From NCBI GenBank assembly GCA_951406725.2, contig OX597826.1, positions 78,864,001 to 78,928,000 of the forward strand: a stretch of 64,000 bases of DNA, in the 5' to 3' direction. The DNA comes from Octopus vulgaris. Its lineage: Eukaryota. A model generated the notes under the pieces. That model saw only the letters and a program-made list of their open reading frames with translations. It did not search any database and had not been told where the DNA came from. Position 1 is the first letter of the stretch. Each line of letters starts with the position of its first letter. Positions 14,529 to 29,085 of the stretch are shown here, one piece after another. The position numbers and the translations under genes were made by a program.

Positions 14529-15381
14529 TGTATGTATGTATGTATGTATGCATGTATGTAGGTATGTATGTATGTATGTATGCATGTATGAATGTGTGTA
14601 TGTATGTATACGTGTAAGCATATACGAGGATTATGTCGAAAATAACTTTTATAAATTGACAGAGGGCTCGAGTAAATGTTGTTGGTGTTGTTGTTATTGT
14701 TGTTTAGCCTCGAGTCAATCCAGATTAAGCTGACCTATATAAGACTGCATTTTCCAATGTGTCTTTCCGTTTTCATGACGATACAGTGTGATTTGAGGAT
14801 TATGATTTACCTACTATTTCTAGCAGCAAGAGCGACCACTTTGGTGGATCTTTAATTTGGTTAGTGTATGAGTTGTGTCCCTTGAAACGATGACCGGACT
14901 TGGAATTTCGTCTGGAGACGAGAATCGTTTTGGGCGTCAATTCTTGCATTCCAAATAAAGGTTCGATACTATTTAAGCAAAACTAGTAGTACTACTACTA
15001 CTAGAACTGCTGCTACTACTGCTACTACTACTGCTGCTGGTGCTTCGTGGGGGTTTAAAATTGCAAAGGAAAAGAAACAAACCTAACAAATTGTTTTGTT
15101 AAGGTTTAAACGGGAAAAAGAAGAGAAAGACAGAAAGAGCAGCGGACGAGATTGCATTAAAGCAGCATTTGGTTACGTTTCTGGCGATGAAGAGTTCAAA
15201 TCGTACTAACGACAACTTCATTATTTATTTATTTTATTTATGTATTTATTTATTTATCTATTTATTTATTTATCTATTTATTTATTTATTTATTTATTTA
15301 TTTATTTGTATTCGATTGAGAAGGAAGAGTGATGTCGATACGCTGGGCCCCTTAAAAGTCTACTGTCACTGCTACTGCTAT

Positions 15382-15434
<53 letters not shown>

Positions 15435-15850
15435 GTGATGGTGATGATGATGATGATGATGATGATGGTGGTGGTGATGTTGATGATGGTGATGATGATG
15501 ATGATGATTTTTCAAGGTTAAACAAATTACGAGGGAAGGAACAATATTCGATGAATTCGACTAAATTTCGGTGTGATTTGAACCAGGAACGAAGACGTGA
15601 CTAGCTTCGGAAGTGGAAGTTTAATGCCTCACTTCAATGTTCCTGCAACTCCAATAACTTTTTCATAATGAGGCAAAGGGCATTTAAAATAGCCAAAACG
15701 ACACCTGTTCGGGGCAGAGCAGGATGTTTGACCGATTCCGAATGGGAAAATAGCAGTCTCCATCTTCTATTATAATTCCATTGACGTCTAAAAGAAAAAT
15801 TCTATGAGAATATAAAATCGAACACAGTATTCAACTGGTACTTATTTCGT

Positions 15851-16222
15851 GGGGGCGCAATGGCCCAGTGGTTAAGGCAGCGGACTCGCGGTCGTAGGAT
15901 CGCGGTTTCGATTCCCAGATCGGGCGCTGCGAGTGTTTATTGAGCGAAAACATCTAAAGCTCCACGAGGCTCCAAGCAGGTGGGGGTGGCCAACCCTGCT
16001 GTACTCTTTCACCACTCTTTCTTCCTGTTTCTGTTGTACCTGTATTTCAAAGGAGCCAGCTTTGTCACACTCTGTGTCATACTGAATCTCCCCGAGAACT
16101 ACATTAAGAGTACACAAGTGTCTGTGGAGTACTCAGCCACTTGCACATTAATTTCACGAGGAAGCTGTTCCGTTGATCGGATCAACTGGAACCCTCGTCG
16201 TCGTAACCGACAGAATGCCAGA
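15851..16222 (+). mobile_element. tRNA-derived SINE family C, tail type 1
   Basis: A-box tggcccagtgg and B-box gtttcgattcc in a tRNA-like head; same head at 27661, 25574(-) and 63691(-). Confidence 0.85.
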
Positions 16223-16249
16223 AAATTTCACCAACGACTGAAGGATAAG

Positions 16250-16319
<70 letters not shown>

Positions 16320-16899
16320 GAAAAAACCAGATTAACAATATCAGTTGAATTTTTAGCCTTTCCTAGAAAAAAAAATCTTCAACTATGCGACTTTCTGCTG
16401 CAATAAAGTTCTAGAAGCTGCTAGATTCAAGGTTAATACAACCCAACCAACCCATCCACCAAAAGTATTAGGAAAAATCGTCTCCTTCCTAAATGATAAA
16501 AATAAGAATATTCCTAGTCTTAACAAATAAACTTTTCCCTGTAATCACTGACGCGGGAAGTAATTCTTTAGAAGTAATCTTAAGCTGAGTTTAACAATCG
16601 AACCCGGATGTGATTAAAAAAAAAGGAGAATTCAAGAATTCGATCGCGATTCGCTAGAATATCACCAACGTCATCAAAAATTCTGACCATTCAAAACTTC
16701 GTGTGGAACCGGATCTAACAACAATTTCATCTTTAGCGCGCTTTTTTCTGAGCAATACCACCACTATACATATTCAGCCCCTACCGACAGATGGCGGACG
16801 ACGGACCGGACACAAAGGGCAGTAGCAAAAACAGCAGCTGACCAGAGCGCTGTCACAACACAAAAGCAATTGACGGACAGCGACTATTATCATATCTAG

Positions 16900-17700
16900 T
16901 CCAAGAACAATAAGCTTCGAACTATCTCGGAAAATTTAGTAACAGGCAAACCAGCTAAATAAACCAAAGCTAACTAACTGCACGTATAGAAACACAAAAG
17001 TCATCTTAATCATACAACACCGAAACTATTTTCTACGAGGTAGTATTCATCTCCCTCAAATAAAGCTTAAATATTTTACTATGTAGGTATGGTAGAAGGC
17101 AAATTCAAACAAAGGATACTCCAACCATACTTCTCACTTTGGAAATATAGGAAAGAAGAGTGTAATGTTACTTTCCAATTACATCTGGAATTTGAAAGAA
17201 TGTGTTGTTGCATTCGAGATCAAGAGGAAGACCTTCAAAATGATGCATACTTTACAGAAAAAGCACAAAAATTTGCAGATAAGACATACTGGAAATACTT
17301 TTATATTTACGAAGCGTAGTAAATCCTCGTAGTATCTATATCCCAAATTAAGGAACTTCACCAAGTCGCTTCAATGAATATCTTCGGAAACAGCATTGGG
17401 GCCTTACATTGATTGAAGCATAAGTATCAGATTCTCCAAGTAAACTCCGAAACCTTTTTGCAAGAATACTGAACATGTATCAACATGGCAGTTCCCTACA
17501 GCTTTGGATGAAACATCGTGAGGACATGGCTGAGGACTTAAAATATGCAGTTCAACAGGCAAACTTATATATAAGTACCTCATTTTTAACTGCATATTAC
17601 CTTAATACATCTGACTAATACAGGCAGAATAAGATACTTTTATCTATAGGCTGAAACAGCTGTAAGGACCATTTTATGTGTATTATTCTTATAGTATTAT
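16900..17700 (+). mobile_element. Penelope-like element relic (GIY-YIG endonuclease C-terminal part)
   Basis: YVGMVEGKFKQR and SNYIWNLKE peptides typical of Penelope GIY-YIG domains; degenerate hammerhead-like gaaacagctgta at ~17653. Confidence 0.6.
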
Positions 17701-17832
17701 TATCTTGCATATTGATGTATATTGTTTTGTTCGATTTGGATGTTCCTATTTATATAGTTAATAAATAATATGAAATTGTAATATCTGTAAGTTGATGATT
17801 GAAATGAATTTGTTCCTCCATTTTCTTATTTG

Positions 17833-17912
<80 letters not shown>

Positions 17913-17914
17913 TT

Positions 17915-18129
17915 TTATTTGTTTATTTGTTTCAGTCGTTTGATGTGGCCACGCTGTCAAATGACAGACAAATCGACCCCAGGACTTATTCTTTGTAAGC
18001 TTAGTACTTATTCTATCGGTCTCTTTTGCCGAACTGCTAAGTCACGGGGACATAAACACACCAACATCGGCAATCAAGCGATGGTGGGCGGACAGACACA
18101 CAAACATACACACACTACAACACACACAC

Positions 18130-18130
<1 letters not shown>
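17915..18130 (-). mobile_element. SINE family B 3' part
   Basis: Reverse complement of the ...gcaaaagagaccgatagaataagtact... family B tail. Confidence 0.75.
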
Positions 18131-18165
<35 letters not shown>

Positions 18166-18295
18166 GAGTGTGTGTATGTGTGTGTACACAAATATATACA
18201 TACATGTATAAGCATATATACCTACATATATACATATATATAAGCATGTATATATCATGTATACATGTGTGGTGATTTATGCATATATATTGCCC

Positions 18296-18363
<68 letters not shown>

Positions 18364-19134
18364 CATGTGTGTGTATACAGGCGTATATATATATATATAT
18401 ATTACATACATGCACACACATACATACGCATACATATATATGTACATATATCTATACACATACATATACATTCAAGGATAATATATTTATATACTAGTAT
18501 ACACACACGCACATACATACGTATGTATTATTCCAATATGTTTTAAGACGGTAAGTTTTTGGTTTGAGGGAGATTTGGCTGAGTTGACACGCACTTGGGT
18601 AGTAGGTACGGTGCAGGGGTGATGAGGATGATGATGATGACGCAGGGGGATGATGATGATGATGATGACGATACTGGTGGTGGCGGTGGAGGAGGGGAAG
18701 GGAAGGGCGAGCGCCCCCTTGTTCGTGTGACCGCTCACACTTCATACGTGAGGAAAGATAAGCAAGCGGTCGTTTCGTACCCAAAAACTACGTTTTCTAT
18801 GACATCACCGAAGAACCGCCGACCCTCGCACCACAACTCACATCACCCTCCTCCCACCACAACCCGCAGCACGACTTCGAAACGAAGGAAGCACCAAAAG
18901 TGAGCTTTATCCCGCGTAACGACATTCATCCCAGCAAATCTCGTTCTGCTCGCCCAGATCTCTTTCCCCCGCTTCAACTAACAACTCTGGATACCCGATC
19001 AACAGCAAGTAAACTTTATCTTTTCATTACAGCTATGTTTTATGTACACACACACACACACACACACACATACACACGCGCATGAACACACACACACACA
19101 CACATTACCTGTTTATCAACATATACAAATGAGA

Positions 19135-19570
19135 AGGCAGCGAGCTGGCGGAATCGTTAGCACGCCGGGCGAAATGCGTAACCGTATTTCGTCTGCCGTT
19201 ACATTCTGAGTTCAAATTCCGCCGAGGTTGACTTTGCCTTTCATCCTTTCGGAGTTGATTAAATAAGTACCAGTTACGCACTGGGGTCGATATAATCGAC
19301 TTAATCCGTTTGTCTGTCCTTGTTTGTCCCCTCTACGTTTAGCCCCTTGTGGGCAATAAAGAAATAAGAAACGTTAGCACGCCGGACGAAATGCGTAGCC
19401 GTATTTCGTCTACCGTTACGTTCTGAGTTCAAATTCCGCCGACGTCGACTTTGCCTTTTATCCTCTCGGGGTCGGTAAATTAAGTACCAGATGCGTACTG
19501 GGGTCGATCTAATCGACTGGCCCCCCACCTCCTCAAAAATTTTGAGCCTTATGCCCAGAGTAGAAAAGAA
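19135..19570 (+). mobile_element. SINE family A with internal duplication
   Basis: Family A head, then the body repeated from cgttagcacgccgg at ~19372. Confidence 0.85.
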
Positions 19571-19864
19571 TATATATGTGTGTGTGTGTTTTATCTTTTA
19601 CTGGCGTCAGTCATTAGGCTGCGGCCATGCTGGAGCACCGCTTTGAAGATTTCAGTCTTTTTTAAGCCTGCTGCTTGTTCTATCTGTCGCTTTTGTGGGA
19701 ACGGTAATGATACAGGGACGTAAACAAACCAACACTAGTTGTCAAGCGGTGGTGCAGGACAAATACATACACTAAGACACAGATATATATATAGATAGAT
19801 TTACATGCATGCATGTATGTATGATAGATAGATAGATAGATAGATAGATAGACAGACAGACTGG

Positions 19865-19967
<103 letters not shown>

Positions 19968-20000
19968 CACACACACACACACATAATAATAATATAATGA

Positions 20001-20049
<49 letters not shown>

Positions 20050-21689
20050 TGCATGCATTCATACATATATGCATACGTACGTATATATATATACACATAA
20101 AAACATACATACATACATACATACATACATACATACATACATACATACATACATACATACATACATACATACATAACATAACATAACATAACATAACATA
20201 ACATAAAAAGAAAATATTTACATTCATACACATAATTCTCTGTCGTGTCCATTTCGTATTTTTGTACAACTGCTATTTCTAGCGAATCAAAAGACCATCT
20301 AGAGACTTCCCTGTTAGCTTGCCAATGACATGCTTCTCACTTAGGGAGCAATTTTGTTAGTTTTGCCGATTAGAAAAGAATAAGTTGTGAGTGACATTCC
20401 AAACTGTAACCGAACACTTTAAACGGGAAATTCACTTCTCTTCGTATTTGGCAGAGAGAAGTTATCTCCCTTCGACATTCTGTCTTGAAATCAGTTTTAT
20501 TCTTCGTAAAGTTGATATTATTCTGGATGGTTGTTTCAAGGCAGCGAGCTGGCAGAATCGCTAGAAGATTGGACAAAATGCTCAGTGGTATCCCTTTAAG
20601 TTCTTTAAGTTCTGAGTTCAAATTCCATCGAGATTCGCATCCGTCCTGGGATGAAGACAAAAGGTCGGTGTTTTCGACGAGTTCCTTTCTCCAAAATTCC
20701 AGGCCTTGTGCTTATTGTAAAAAGAATTATATATGGTTGTTTAGTCCCAAATTATCTTTGACCAAACAGACCAGTTCATGATCAAATGCATTCCATCCGT
20801 GACCCACCTACCTTTTATTCGGACTTTAAAACTAACACATTATTCAATGTGTCCATTTTAAAAAGAGACTAGGACGTGACTAGAGAAATATTTGGCTATT
20901 ATTTCTCGCATGTCAAGAAATCGCATAGAGGCCTTCTCGTTGTCTCATTGCTGAATGGATGTCACTGATCGAACAGGCTTTTAATTAAAGACGTTCCAGC
21001 CATAACCATTCCATCTCTTTATAAATCCAGAAATGCTTTATTTAGTGAGATGTGATTCGAGGTAACTTGGTTGATGTTTCTAAAGAATCGAAGAGGCTCC
21101 AAAGTGATCATTTAAGGGAGATTTTGGCTGACAAAGCTAGTGGCCACCACGAAGAGGACTCTTCATTGAAAAAAAAACAGTCATTTTGAAACCTGAATGT
21201 AACCCTCGTAACATTTCTGTGAGAAAGAGAATGAGAACGTCTTCAAAACAAGAAGACAAACATGTTTTCAATAAAGACAAATAATTTCTTACATTGACAC
21301 GAGGTCAGATATTTTGGCGAGAGGGATACAATCGAACAAATTTACCCCAGTACATGACTGGTACTTTATTTTATCGTCCCTGGGAGGAATGAAAGGAAAA
21401 GTTTGAAATCAGATCATTAAAACTTCGGAATAAATATCACGAAGCATTTTTGCCCAATATCCTGACAATATTACCAATTCTCTGTCAGTATTGAACAGGT
21501 TAAATAGTACCAAAAGACAGCATCAACATGTCCTGATAGACATAGCGTCTCCCTTTTAAAGCAGAAACTATCAATTCTAGTTTGGCCATTGAAGCATTTC
21601 AGAAAATATTAATGTCTGTACGTGTTAATACTTTATGGAACATGTCTAAATAGATTATAGGATATGTCACGTAGGAATTACTGCTTTGC

Positions 21690-22046
21690 ATCCTTCCATT
21701 CAACCATCTTCTCTGCCTGCTATTCCTGAGAGGGTTTGAGGCATGGAGTAAAGTCCTCAGGCATTTCGTCAGAAGCAGTCGTCACTAAACTTTCAGTCGG
21801 CGTAGCTTGAAGAATCTGTCTTGCCATACTTTCCTGTGGTGTTTTAACCATATGCCTATAGCACTAGATCTGACCGATCGCAAGTCCGTTGTACGGGAGA
21901 GTATTGCTTTGCGAATCAAAGTCATTTTTCTTTTCTAAATGTAGCGGAAATGAAACATCGGGTGGATGCTACTCTGGCCCTTGTCGCCTGTCCATAGAAA
22001 TGTTGACTTCAGCAGTTTCTGGTACACACTAAGTGGGCTGACGAAA
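21690..22046 (-). mobile_element. RTE-like LINE RT C-terminal relic
   Basis: Minus translation HMVKTPQESMARQILQATPT resembles the RTE GHVVRMPQERLARQVLLATP motif. Confidence 0.5.
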
Positions 22047-22415
22047 TCTCTATATATATAAACGGCAAAATGTCTGTCGGTGTGTGTATCCTTTATACAA
22101 ATCCACAATTTTTCAGTTAGAGGGCTCGCACTTTCTATGGTCATTCAAAACCGTCCAAGGATGGTCGTGCACATCTTTACATTTCCCCAGTCACCCCACA
22201 AAGCCATTAAAAAATCAATAGAAGTGACTTTTTTGTGAATTTTCTATCTAAAACCCAATCAAAATTCCCGAAACTTAATACGACAATTGAATGCCAGCTA
22301 GCTGTATGTGATTAGTCGGAGATTTTGGACAGTACTCGTGTGTATGTGCGCACGCACGCAGCCGTATATGCATGCACTAGCACTATGACCCGGCAAAGCT
22401 GGGTCATAGTGCTAG
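22047..22415 (+). mobile_element. Non-autonomous Helitron
   Basis: A|TC 5' end, 3' hairpin actagcactatgaccc...gggtcatagtgctagt ending CTAG|T; near-identical copy at 36238. Confidence 0.85.
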
Positions 22416-23154
22416 TATGAAATAAAGTGCCTTGCTCAAGGATACAATGTTCAGCTCGGTCCTCGCATACAACCCTAGCCTGAAAATGGTATCCCTCTCA
22501 ACCAGTTCAGACAAACGTAAAACAATTTTTTCATCTTCATTTTGAAATTCTAGGGAACCAGGTGACACGCCTTCACACGGTTTCGTGCAATTTTGTGATT
22601 GAAATATATTCATTGAAAAATGGTGTGGGTGTGTGGGTAGGTATTAATGTGTGTGTGTATTCATGTGTGTGAATACGTATTTGTAGTGTGCGTGCGTGTA
22701 TGTGGGCGGCGGTGGTGGTGACATCATAGTCGTTATTTGGCCACAATTCAATGTCCTGATTAAACAGACTGTTATGCTAAGTTGGTGGAAGGACCAAGAA
22801 CAACGTAACTGACTAATCCATGTTCCACATGTACTATTTCCCTCGTAGTTAAGGATCACACAGTGAACCACGACGTCTTGTGTGACAGTCCGGTGTCTGT
22901 TGAATTCTATTCCCTGTGCAGCAGTCTCTTCCTGTATGCCAGATGTATGATCCACAGGTCAGATCTATGACCAATTGGCCCTTTCTTTTGCTTCTAACGG
23001 TCTGCCCTTATTATTTCGACCGCTAGGTCACTTCCTCTCACATACCGCGAGACCTTACAAAAAAGGTCAAGGCCGTCCGTCCTTTATTCTTTGACTGAGG
23101 CAACAAAAAGAAAAAAACTTTTAAGGAAATTCTAATCGTGGGGCTCTTTCATCT

Positions 23155-23400
23155 TTTATTCTTTTACTTGTTTCAGTCATTGAACTGTGGCCATGCTGGA
23201 GTACCGCCTTGAAGAATTTAATCAAACAAATCGACTCCAGAACTTATTTACTAAAGTTTGGTATTTTTTCTATCGGTCTCTTTTGCCGAACCGATAAGTT
23301 GTAGGGGCAAAAACAAACCAATACCAGTTCTGAAATGGTGGTGGGGCAGACACAAATAGAAACACGAACGCGTGTTTGCATATACGACGGGCTTCCATAC
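23155..23400 (-). mobile_element. SINE family B 3' part
   Basis: Family B tail on the minus strand. Confidence 0.7.
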
Positions 23401-23510
23401 AAACAAGGACGGGTCATTCGAAGCCTTTTATCTTCAGTCTAGCGGAAGCAACAATGGCTCAAAGTCCAAGAATTTCGCGCGTTAGCACTTATCAAACATT
23501 CACACACGCT

Positions 23511-23547
<37 letters not shown>

Positions 23548-23548
23548 G

Positions 23549-23605
<57 letters not shown>

Positions 23606-23921
23606 GCATACATACGCGCGCGTAGACATATATAGGGATGTCATTAGAGTTGTCTTCCTTTGTAAATTCTGTGCTGCTTATGTATGTATGTACGCATTTG
23701 CATGCGCAGTGACCGATGGGCTGTCGCAAATTTAGAGAAAATTTTTCATGTATCGATAGGATAAGATTTGTGAATTCCGATACAGAATTATAAATCTTGG
23801 ATCGGCTTCTTGACCGGAGCCGACCTGGGACGAGACGACAATGACAAATCGTTCCCATGCTTCCATGTTTAATGTTTGTTACTGAAAATAATATTTACAG
23901 AAGATTATAAATCCACCAGAA

Positions 23922-23955
<34 letters not shown>

Positions 23956-23959
23956 ACAT

Positions 23960-25267
23960 ACGGGGTCATTTCAGAGCAATTAATTATCAGCAGCTTCCTC
24001 TGTTTAAACTAATTAAAAGGCATTTTATTTCTTTCAGATTCCCCCATGGCAGGTAAAATGGTTACACTAGAAATGAAAAGACATGCAGCCATCTTTACCA
24101 CATGTGCAGAACACGGCGAATTAAGAACTGTCAACTTTTGTACACAAAGTTTGGATGGAATTAGAAGACTGGTGGGAATATTTCAAGAGTATCGAAGAGG
24201 AAAAATATATTCTAATCATTTGGACACTATAAGGACACCGCAATTCATCCAACGGATTCGAGTTATTATCGATGATGACCCAGAAAAGCGATGAGGGACA
24301 AAGCCAAAGAACTTCAGGTGTCGGAGTGTGGTTCAAGAGGGCATTGGATACAAGTCGTATGTTCTGAGGAGAGGCTTTAGCTAAACATATACGAAGTAAA
24401 AGGTAGAATGGTGCCTTTGATTAGAAGTCTGTAGGATCAGAGATGACCAAGGGTTGTACAACAAATCCTCTACACACCTCTCAATTAAAATTGCAGTATG
24501 TGAATCCAAAAGAAAATCAAGAAATTAATCTTAGGGGTCAATTCATGCTTGCAAAGACAGAGGAAAACAGTTTCAGCCGCACTAAGCGGTTACTTGACCA
24601 AGTTAAAGGCCTTCAAAAACATAGCATGCTTTGGCTTTAGTCTGAGAAAAACTTCGATCAAGACAAAAATCTAACAGGAAACATGACAGACGGCTATGCG
24701 CAGACCCTTTTCATGTCCCGAGGGTAATGCACACAAAGTTTCTAGTGATTGTGATGGTTTTAGGAATGATGAGTGATGAAGGTCATGCCACGCCACCTCA
24801 CATCTTTCCACACGGTTTCGCCATTAATACTGCTGGATACGTTCAAGGCGCTGGAGACAGTTGTTAAGCCCTTGATGGACGAAGTATGCAGTGGTCTTCT
24901 CATAAAGTCCACGCAACCCAAGAATGGATGTAAGACAAACTTTATAACATTAAACGTAGTCTCAACATTCCAGGACGATTATGTTTAGAACATTGGTGGA
25001 AGGGAGACCAATCGACATTTTCATTGAAGGCAACCGTTGCCCGGATGATGTCCGAAATGAAGAACAACCCTTCCGTGCAGTCATGTCAACGGCTCCGGCC
25101 CCGCATTGAGGCAGCCATCGAAGCTGAAGACGGATTCCTAGAACAATTATATAAGAAAACATATTGGGGAACAAAAACACACATTTTTTTAATTTAAATA
25201 CATTAAGGTTTTTGCTTGGTTACAGTTGTTTATTTAAATTACCAAATACATCTCGCCCCTTTTGTAT
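23960..25267 (+). mobile_element. Decayed Tc1/mariner-superfamily transposon (maT/DD37D-like)
   Basis: Peptides IRTPQFIQRIRVIIDDDPEK, SEKNFDQD, VPRVMHTKF..VMVLG..SDEGH..PPHIF, LETVVKP and RPRIEAAIEAEDGFLE across frameshifts. Confidence 0.75.
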
Positions 25268-25574
25268 ACATACGTACATTTGCTTATCATTTATTTATGC
25301 GCCCTTTTCAAGCCTATCCAGGCTCATGGGTCCGGTTTCCCAGTTTCTGTGGTGTATGTGCCCCCCCCCCCCCCCAGCTGGACGGGACGCCAGTCCATCG
25401 CAACGTTACTCAAGAAACAGGAAGAGAGAAAGTTGGGGCGAAAGAGTACAACAGGGGTCACCGGAACCTCGTAGAGCTTTTAGGTGTTTTCGCTCAATAA
25501 ACACACACACAACGCCCGGTCTGGGAGTCGAAACCGCGAGTCCGCTGCCCTAACGACTGGGCCATTGCGCCTCC
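25268..25574 (-). mobile_element. tRNA-derived SINE family C, tail type 2
   Basis: Reverse complement of the 27661 copy, with small deletions. Confidence 0.8.
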
Positions 25575-25966
25575 TATGTGTGTGTGTATTAAAATGAGGT
25601 AGTTTTTGTGAAGCATTGGGGTATAATTTAAAGAATGCAGTTGTTTAAAGTCGGAACAATGCGAGACGGTACAAAGTAAAGTACAAACTGAAAAGAAAAT
25701 AGGACAAAGTTTCTCCTTGTATTTCTATATTTCGGAGTGAAGACCCCTTCTTCAGGACATTCGGGAAAACGGTGGCTGGAGGTGTATTGCTCAGAAGTGG
25801 GAGGAGGAAGGTGACATGCGCGGACGGCCGTTGCTATAGCAACCAGTCTGCTTCGTATAATCCCTTCCTGTTGTTAATGGCTGGTTTCGATTCGTTTATA
25901 AGAAGGTAAAACTTCGTTCTATTTTCTTTTCAATTTGTATGTTCCGGCTTTACACAACTACATTCT

Positions 25967-26041
<75 letters not shown>

Positions 26042-26289
26042 GTATGCATTCGTGCATGTTCACACACGTGCACTTATAACTGCATAAATTCAAATACGTA
26101 CTCATAAACACACACACACACATATATATATATGCGCATATATTTACATACATACACACATATATCCATATACACGCATGTGCACATGCATCCATGCATA
26201 CACATACATAAATACATGCTTACATATCCTCATACAGACCTCGTATTCATGTATGTATGTATATCTGAAGCAGCAACATATTATTTTTT

Positions 26290-27050
26290 ATACGTTCGCT
26301 CCCGATACTGGCATGGGTTAGACGTTTCGACATCGTGTCTTGCTGCAGGGTCTCAGTTGAGGCCTGCTTCCCACGGCAGGGTGCTCCTCCTAACACCGAC
26401 CATTCCACAGAATGTACTCAATACTTTTATGGCGACACCAGCATCAGTGAGGTTGCTGAGATGGGAGGTTCTGTTCGAGGTATGCAAATTACCAAATGTG
26501 TGCAAGAAGGCTAGAGATAAATGAAACAAATGTAGACGATGGTAAATAAGGGCGGGTGTTAGGATAGGCTCAAGGGAGAATCAGGGTGTCTGGATGAGAA
26601 GAAAAACAGGTGTAGACCCAATGAATTTTCATCTTCTCTGCGAGGTCCAACATCCTGAGATTGGCCTTCACCACCTCTTCCCGAGGTTCCGTCCACTGAA
26701 AGAGATCGACACTTCTTTATACAACACTCCCCGTCCACATTGCATCACAGCCAAATCAAACAAGTTTTCTTTTTGGCACATTAGATCCGATTTTTCTTAT
26801 ATCCAGTTTTTTCTCTCAATAAATTTGTACTTGGCCATTCATGCACAGATACTGCACTTCAGTAGCGCGTGCTTACCTCATTTCATCCGAGTTTGCTCAG
26901 GTCCCTTGATTTCACGTCCCATATTTCACTATCATGTAAATTTGCAAAGTTCATAAACGGCCATCATACAATTTGCCTTTCACCTGTGAAGCATTTTGCC
27001 ACCAAAAGAACTGGTAACTCCTTAATCTTTCTCTGGCTGCTATATTTTTA
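26290..27050 (-). mobile_element. RTE-like LINE 3' end relic
   Basis: Minus strand gives LREKLDIRKI..., CCIKKCRS and NLRMLDLAEKM peptides, followed by a tail related to family D (acccatgccagtat). Confidence 0.55.
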
Positions 27051-27173
27051 GAACATCCGCTACCGCGCTAATTAGCTACCGTCAAGTGAGCTAATTAACA
27101 CGATGGTAGGGATGGGTGGGTACTAATAGGGACTGAAAAAAATATATACATTGCATATCAATAAGCTAGCTTA

Positions 27174-27380
27174 AAGCAGCGAGCTGGCAGAACCGTTAGC
27201 GCGCCGGACAAAATGCTCAGCGACATTTCGTCCGTCTTGACGTTCTGAGTTCAATTTTGCTTTTCATCCTTTCGGGGTCGATAAAATAAGGACCAGTTGA
27301 AGACTGGGGGTGGGGGGGTGTAATCGACTTAAACCCTTCTCGGGAACTGCCGGCCTTGTGCTAAAATCTGAAACCAATAT
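27174..27380 (+). mobile_element. SINE family A copy
   Basis: Family A consensus. Confidence 0.8.
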
Positions 27381-27660
27381 TAAGCTGGCATTTTATTGCT
27401 GGGAAAACTTTATTTAATTGACACTAATGTTCACACTTTAGAGACATTATTGCAGAGTTTGAAATTTGATATTAGCAAACAAGAAAGGAGGTTAAATATC
27501 CGCGAGACACATTTTTAAATTAGGTTTGTAAGGGAATTCTGAATTCCGTTTGTCATCTGATCTTATTGCGTACGACATTGTGCATATTACGCACATACGG
27601 TTTCGTCAGACATGTGGGTGTATATATATATGTTTATGTCTCAATATATTTACGTGTTTG

Positions 27661-27978
27661 GAGGCACAATGGCCCAGTGGTTAGGACAGCAGACTCGCGA
27701 TCGGAGGATCGTAGTTTCGATTCCCAGACCGGGCGTTGTGTGTGTTTATTGAGTGAAAACACCAAAGGCTCCACGTGGTTCCGGCAGGGGGTGGTGGCGA
27801 CCCCTGTTGTACTCTTTCGCCCCAACTTTTTCTCACTCTCTCTCTCTTCCTGTTTCTTGAGTAATGCTGCGACGGACTGGCGTCCCGTCCAGCTGGGGGG
27901 AACACATACGCCACAGAAACCGGGAAACCGGGCCCATGAGCCTTGCTAGGCTTGAAAAGGGCGCATAAATAAATAAAA
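27661..27978 (+). mobile_element. tRNA-derived SINE family C, tail type 2
   Basis: tRNA-like head, gcgacggactggcgtcccgtccag domain and (taaa)n tail. Confidence 0.85.
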
Positions 27979-28224
27979 TATTTACGTGTATGTATACTTA
28001 CACTTGTATTTAGACACAGATCTACACACAGCCATGTGAAGATAAGGCAAGATGTGATCCCGCAGATCCCAACGACATCACAAGTATGGTCAAGTAGCGC
28101 TGAAAAAGAATTCTGAAAAAGACTGGATGCTCGTGTCATTGGTCATCGATACATTTTCAATCAGAGCTAACCTGACGCCTGCACGATATTTAGATTGGAT
28201 GAACCAAGGATTATTTCATTCTCC

Positions 28225-29085
28225 CTATCTTTTACTTGCTCCTTTCAGTCGGCTGCAGTCATGCTGGAGCACCGCCTAGAAGAGTTTTAGTCAAACAAAT
28301 CGACCCAGTTTAATATTTTATAAAAGCCTGGTATATATTGTCGATATATTCTTTTTTACTTGTTTCAGTCATTTGACTGTGGCCATGGTGGAGCACCGCC
28401 TTTAGTCGAGCAAATCGAGCCCCAGGACTTATTCTTTGTAAGCCTAGTACTTATTCTATCGGTATCTTTTGTCGGGGACGTAAACACACCAACATCGGTT
28501 GTCAAGCGAGTTTGGCGGGGGGAGGAGACACAGTGGCACCTGTGCAAGTGGCACGTAAAAATCACCCACTACACTCACGGAGTGGTTGGCGTTAGGAAGG
28601 GCATCCAGCTGTAGAAACACTGCCAGATCAGACTGGAGCCTGGTGCAGCCTCCTGGCTTCCCAGACCCCAGTTGAACCGTCCAACCCATGCTAGCATGGA
28701 AAACGGACGTTAAACGATGATGATATATATACGGCAGGCTTCTTTCCACTCACAAGGCTTTGGTCAGCCCGAGGCTATAGTAGAAGACACTTGCCCAAGG
28801 TGCCACGCAGTGGCACTGAACCGGAACTAAGCGGTTCGCCGAACTATTAGGTCACGGGGAGATGAACGCACCAACAGCAGTTGTAAAGCAGCAGTGGGGG
28901 ACAAAAGCAGACACAACCACCCATATATACACAACGGGCTTCTTTCAGATTCCATCTACCAACCCTCTCACAAAAGCATTAGTTGACCTGGGGCTTTGGT
29001 AGAGGACACTTACCTAAAGTGCCATGCAGTCGGACTGAACCAGGAACCCATGTGGTTAGGAAGCCGACTTCTTACCACACAGCAA
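28225..29085 (-). mobile_element. Nested SINE family B copies with a family D insert (28525-28725, plus)
   Basis: Two family B tails and two heads are interleaved; the D segment ends gttaaacgatgatgat. Confidence 0.7.

Noticed and set aside
15851-15925. tRNA gene (also at 27661 and 63691)
   Set aside because: The tRNA-like head continues into a shared repeat body and lacks a proper acceptor stem and terminator; it is a SINE.
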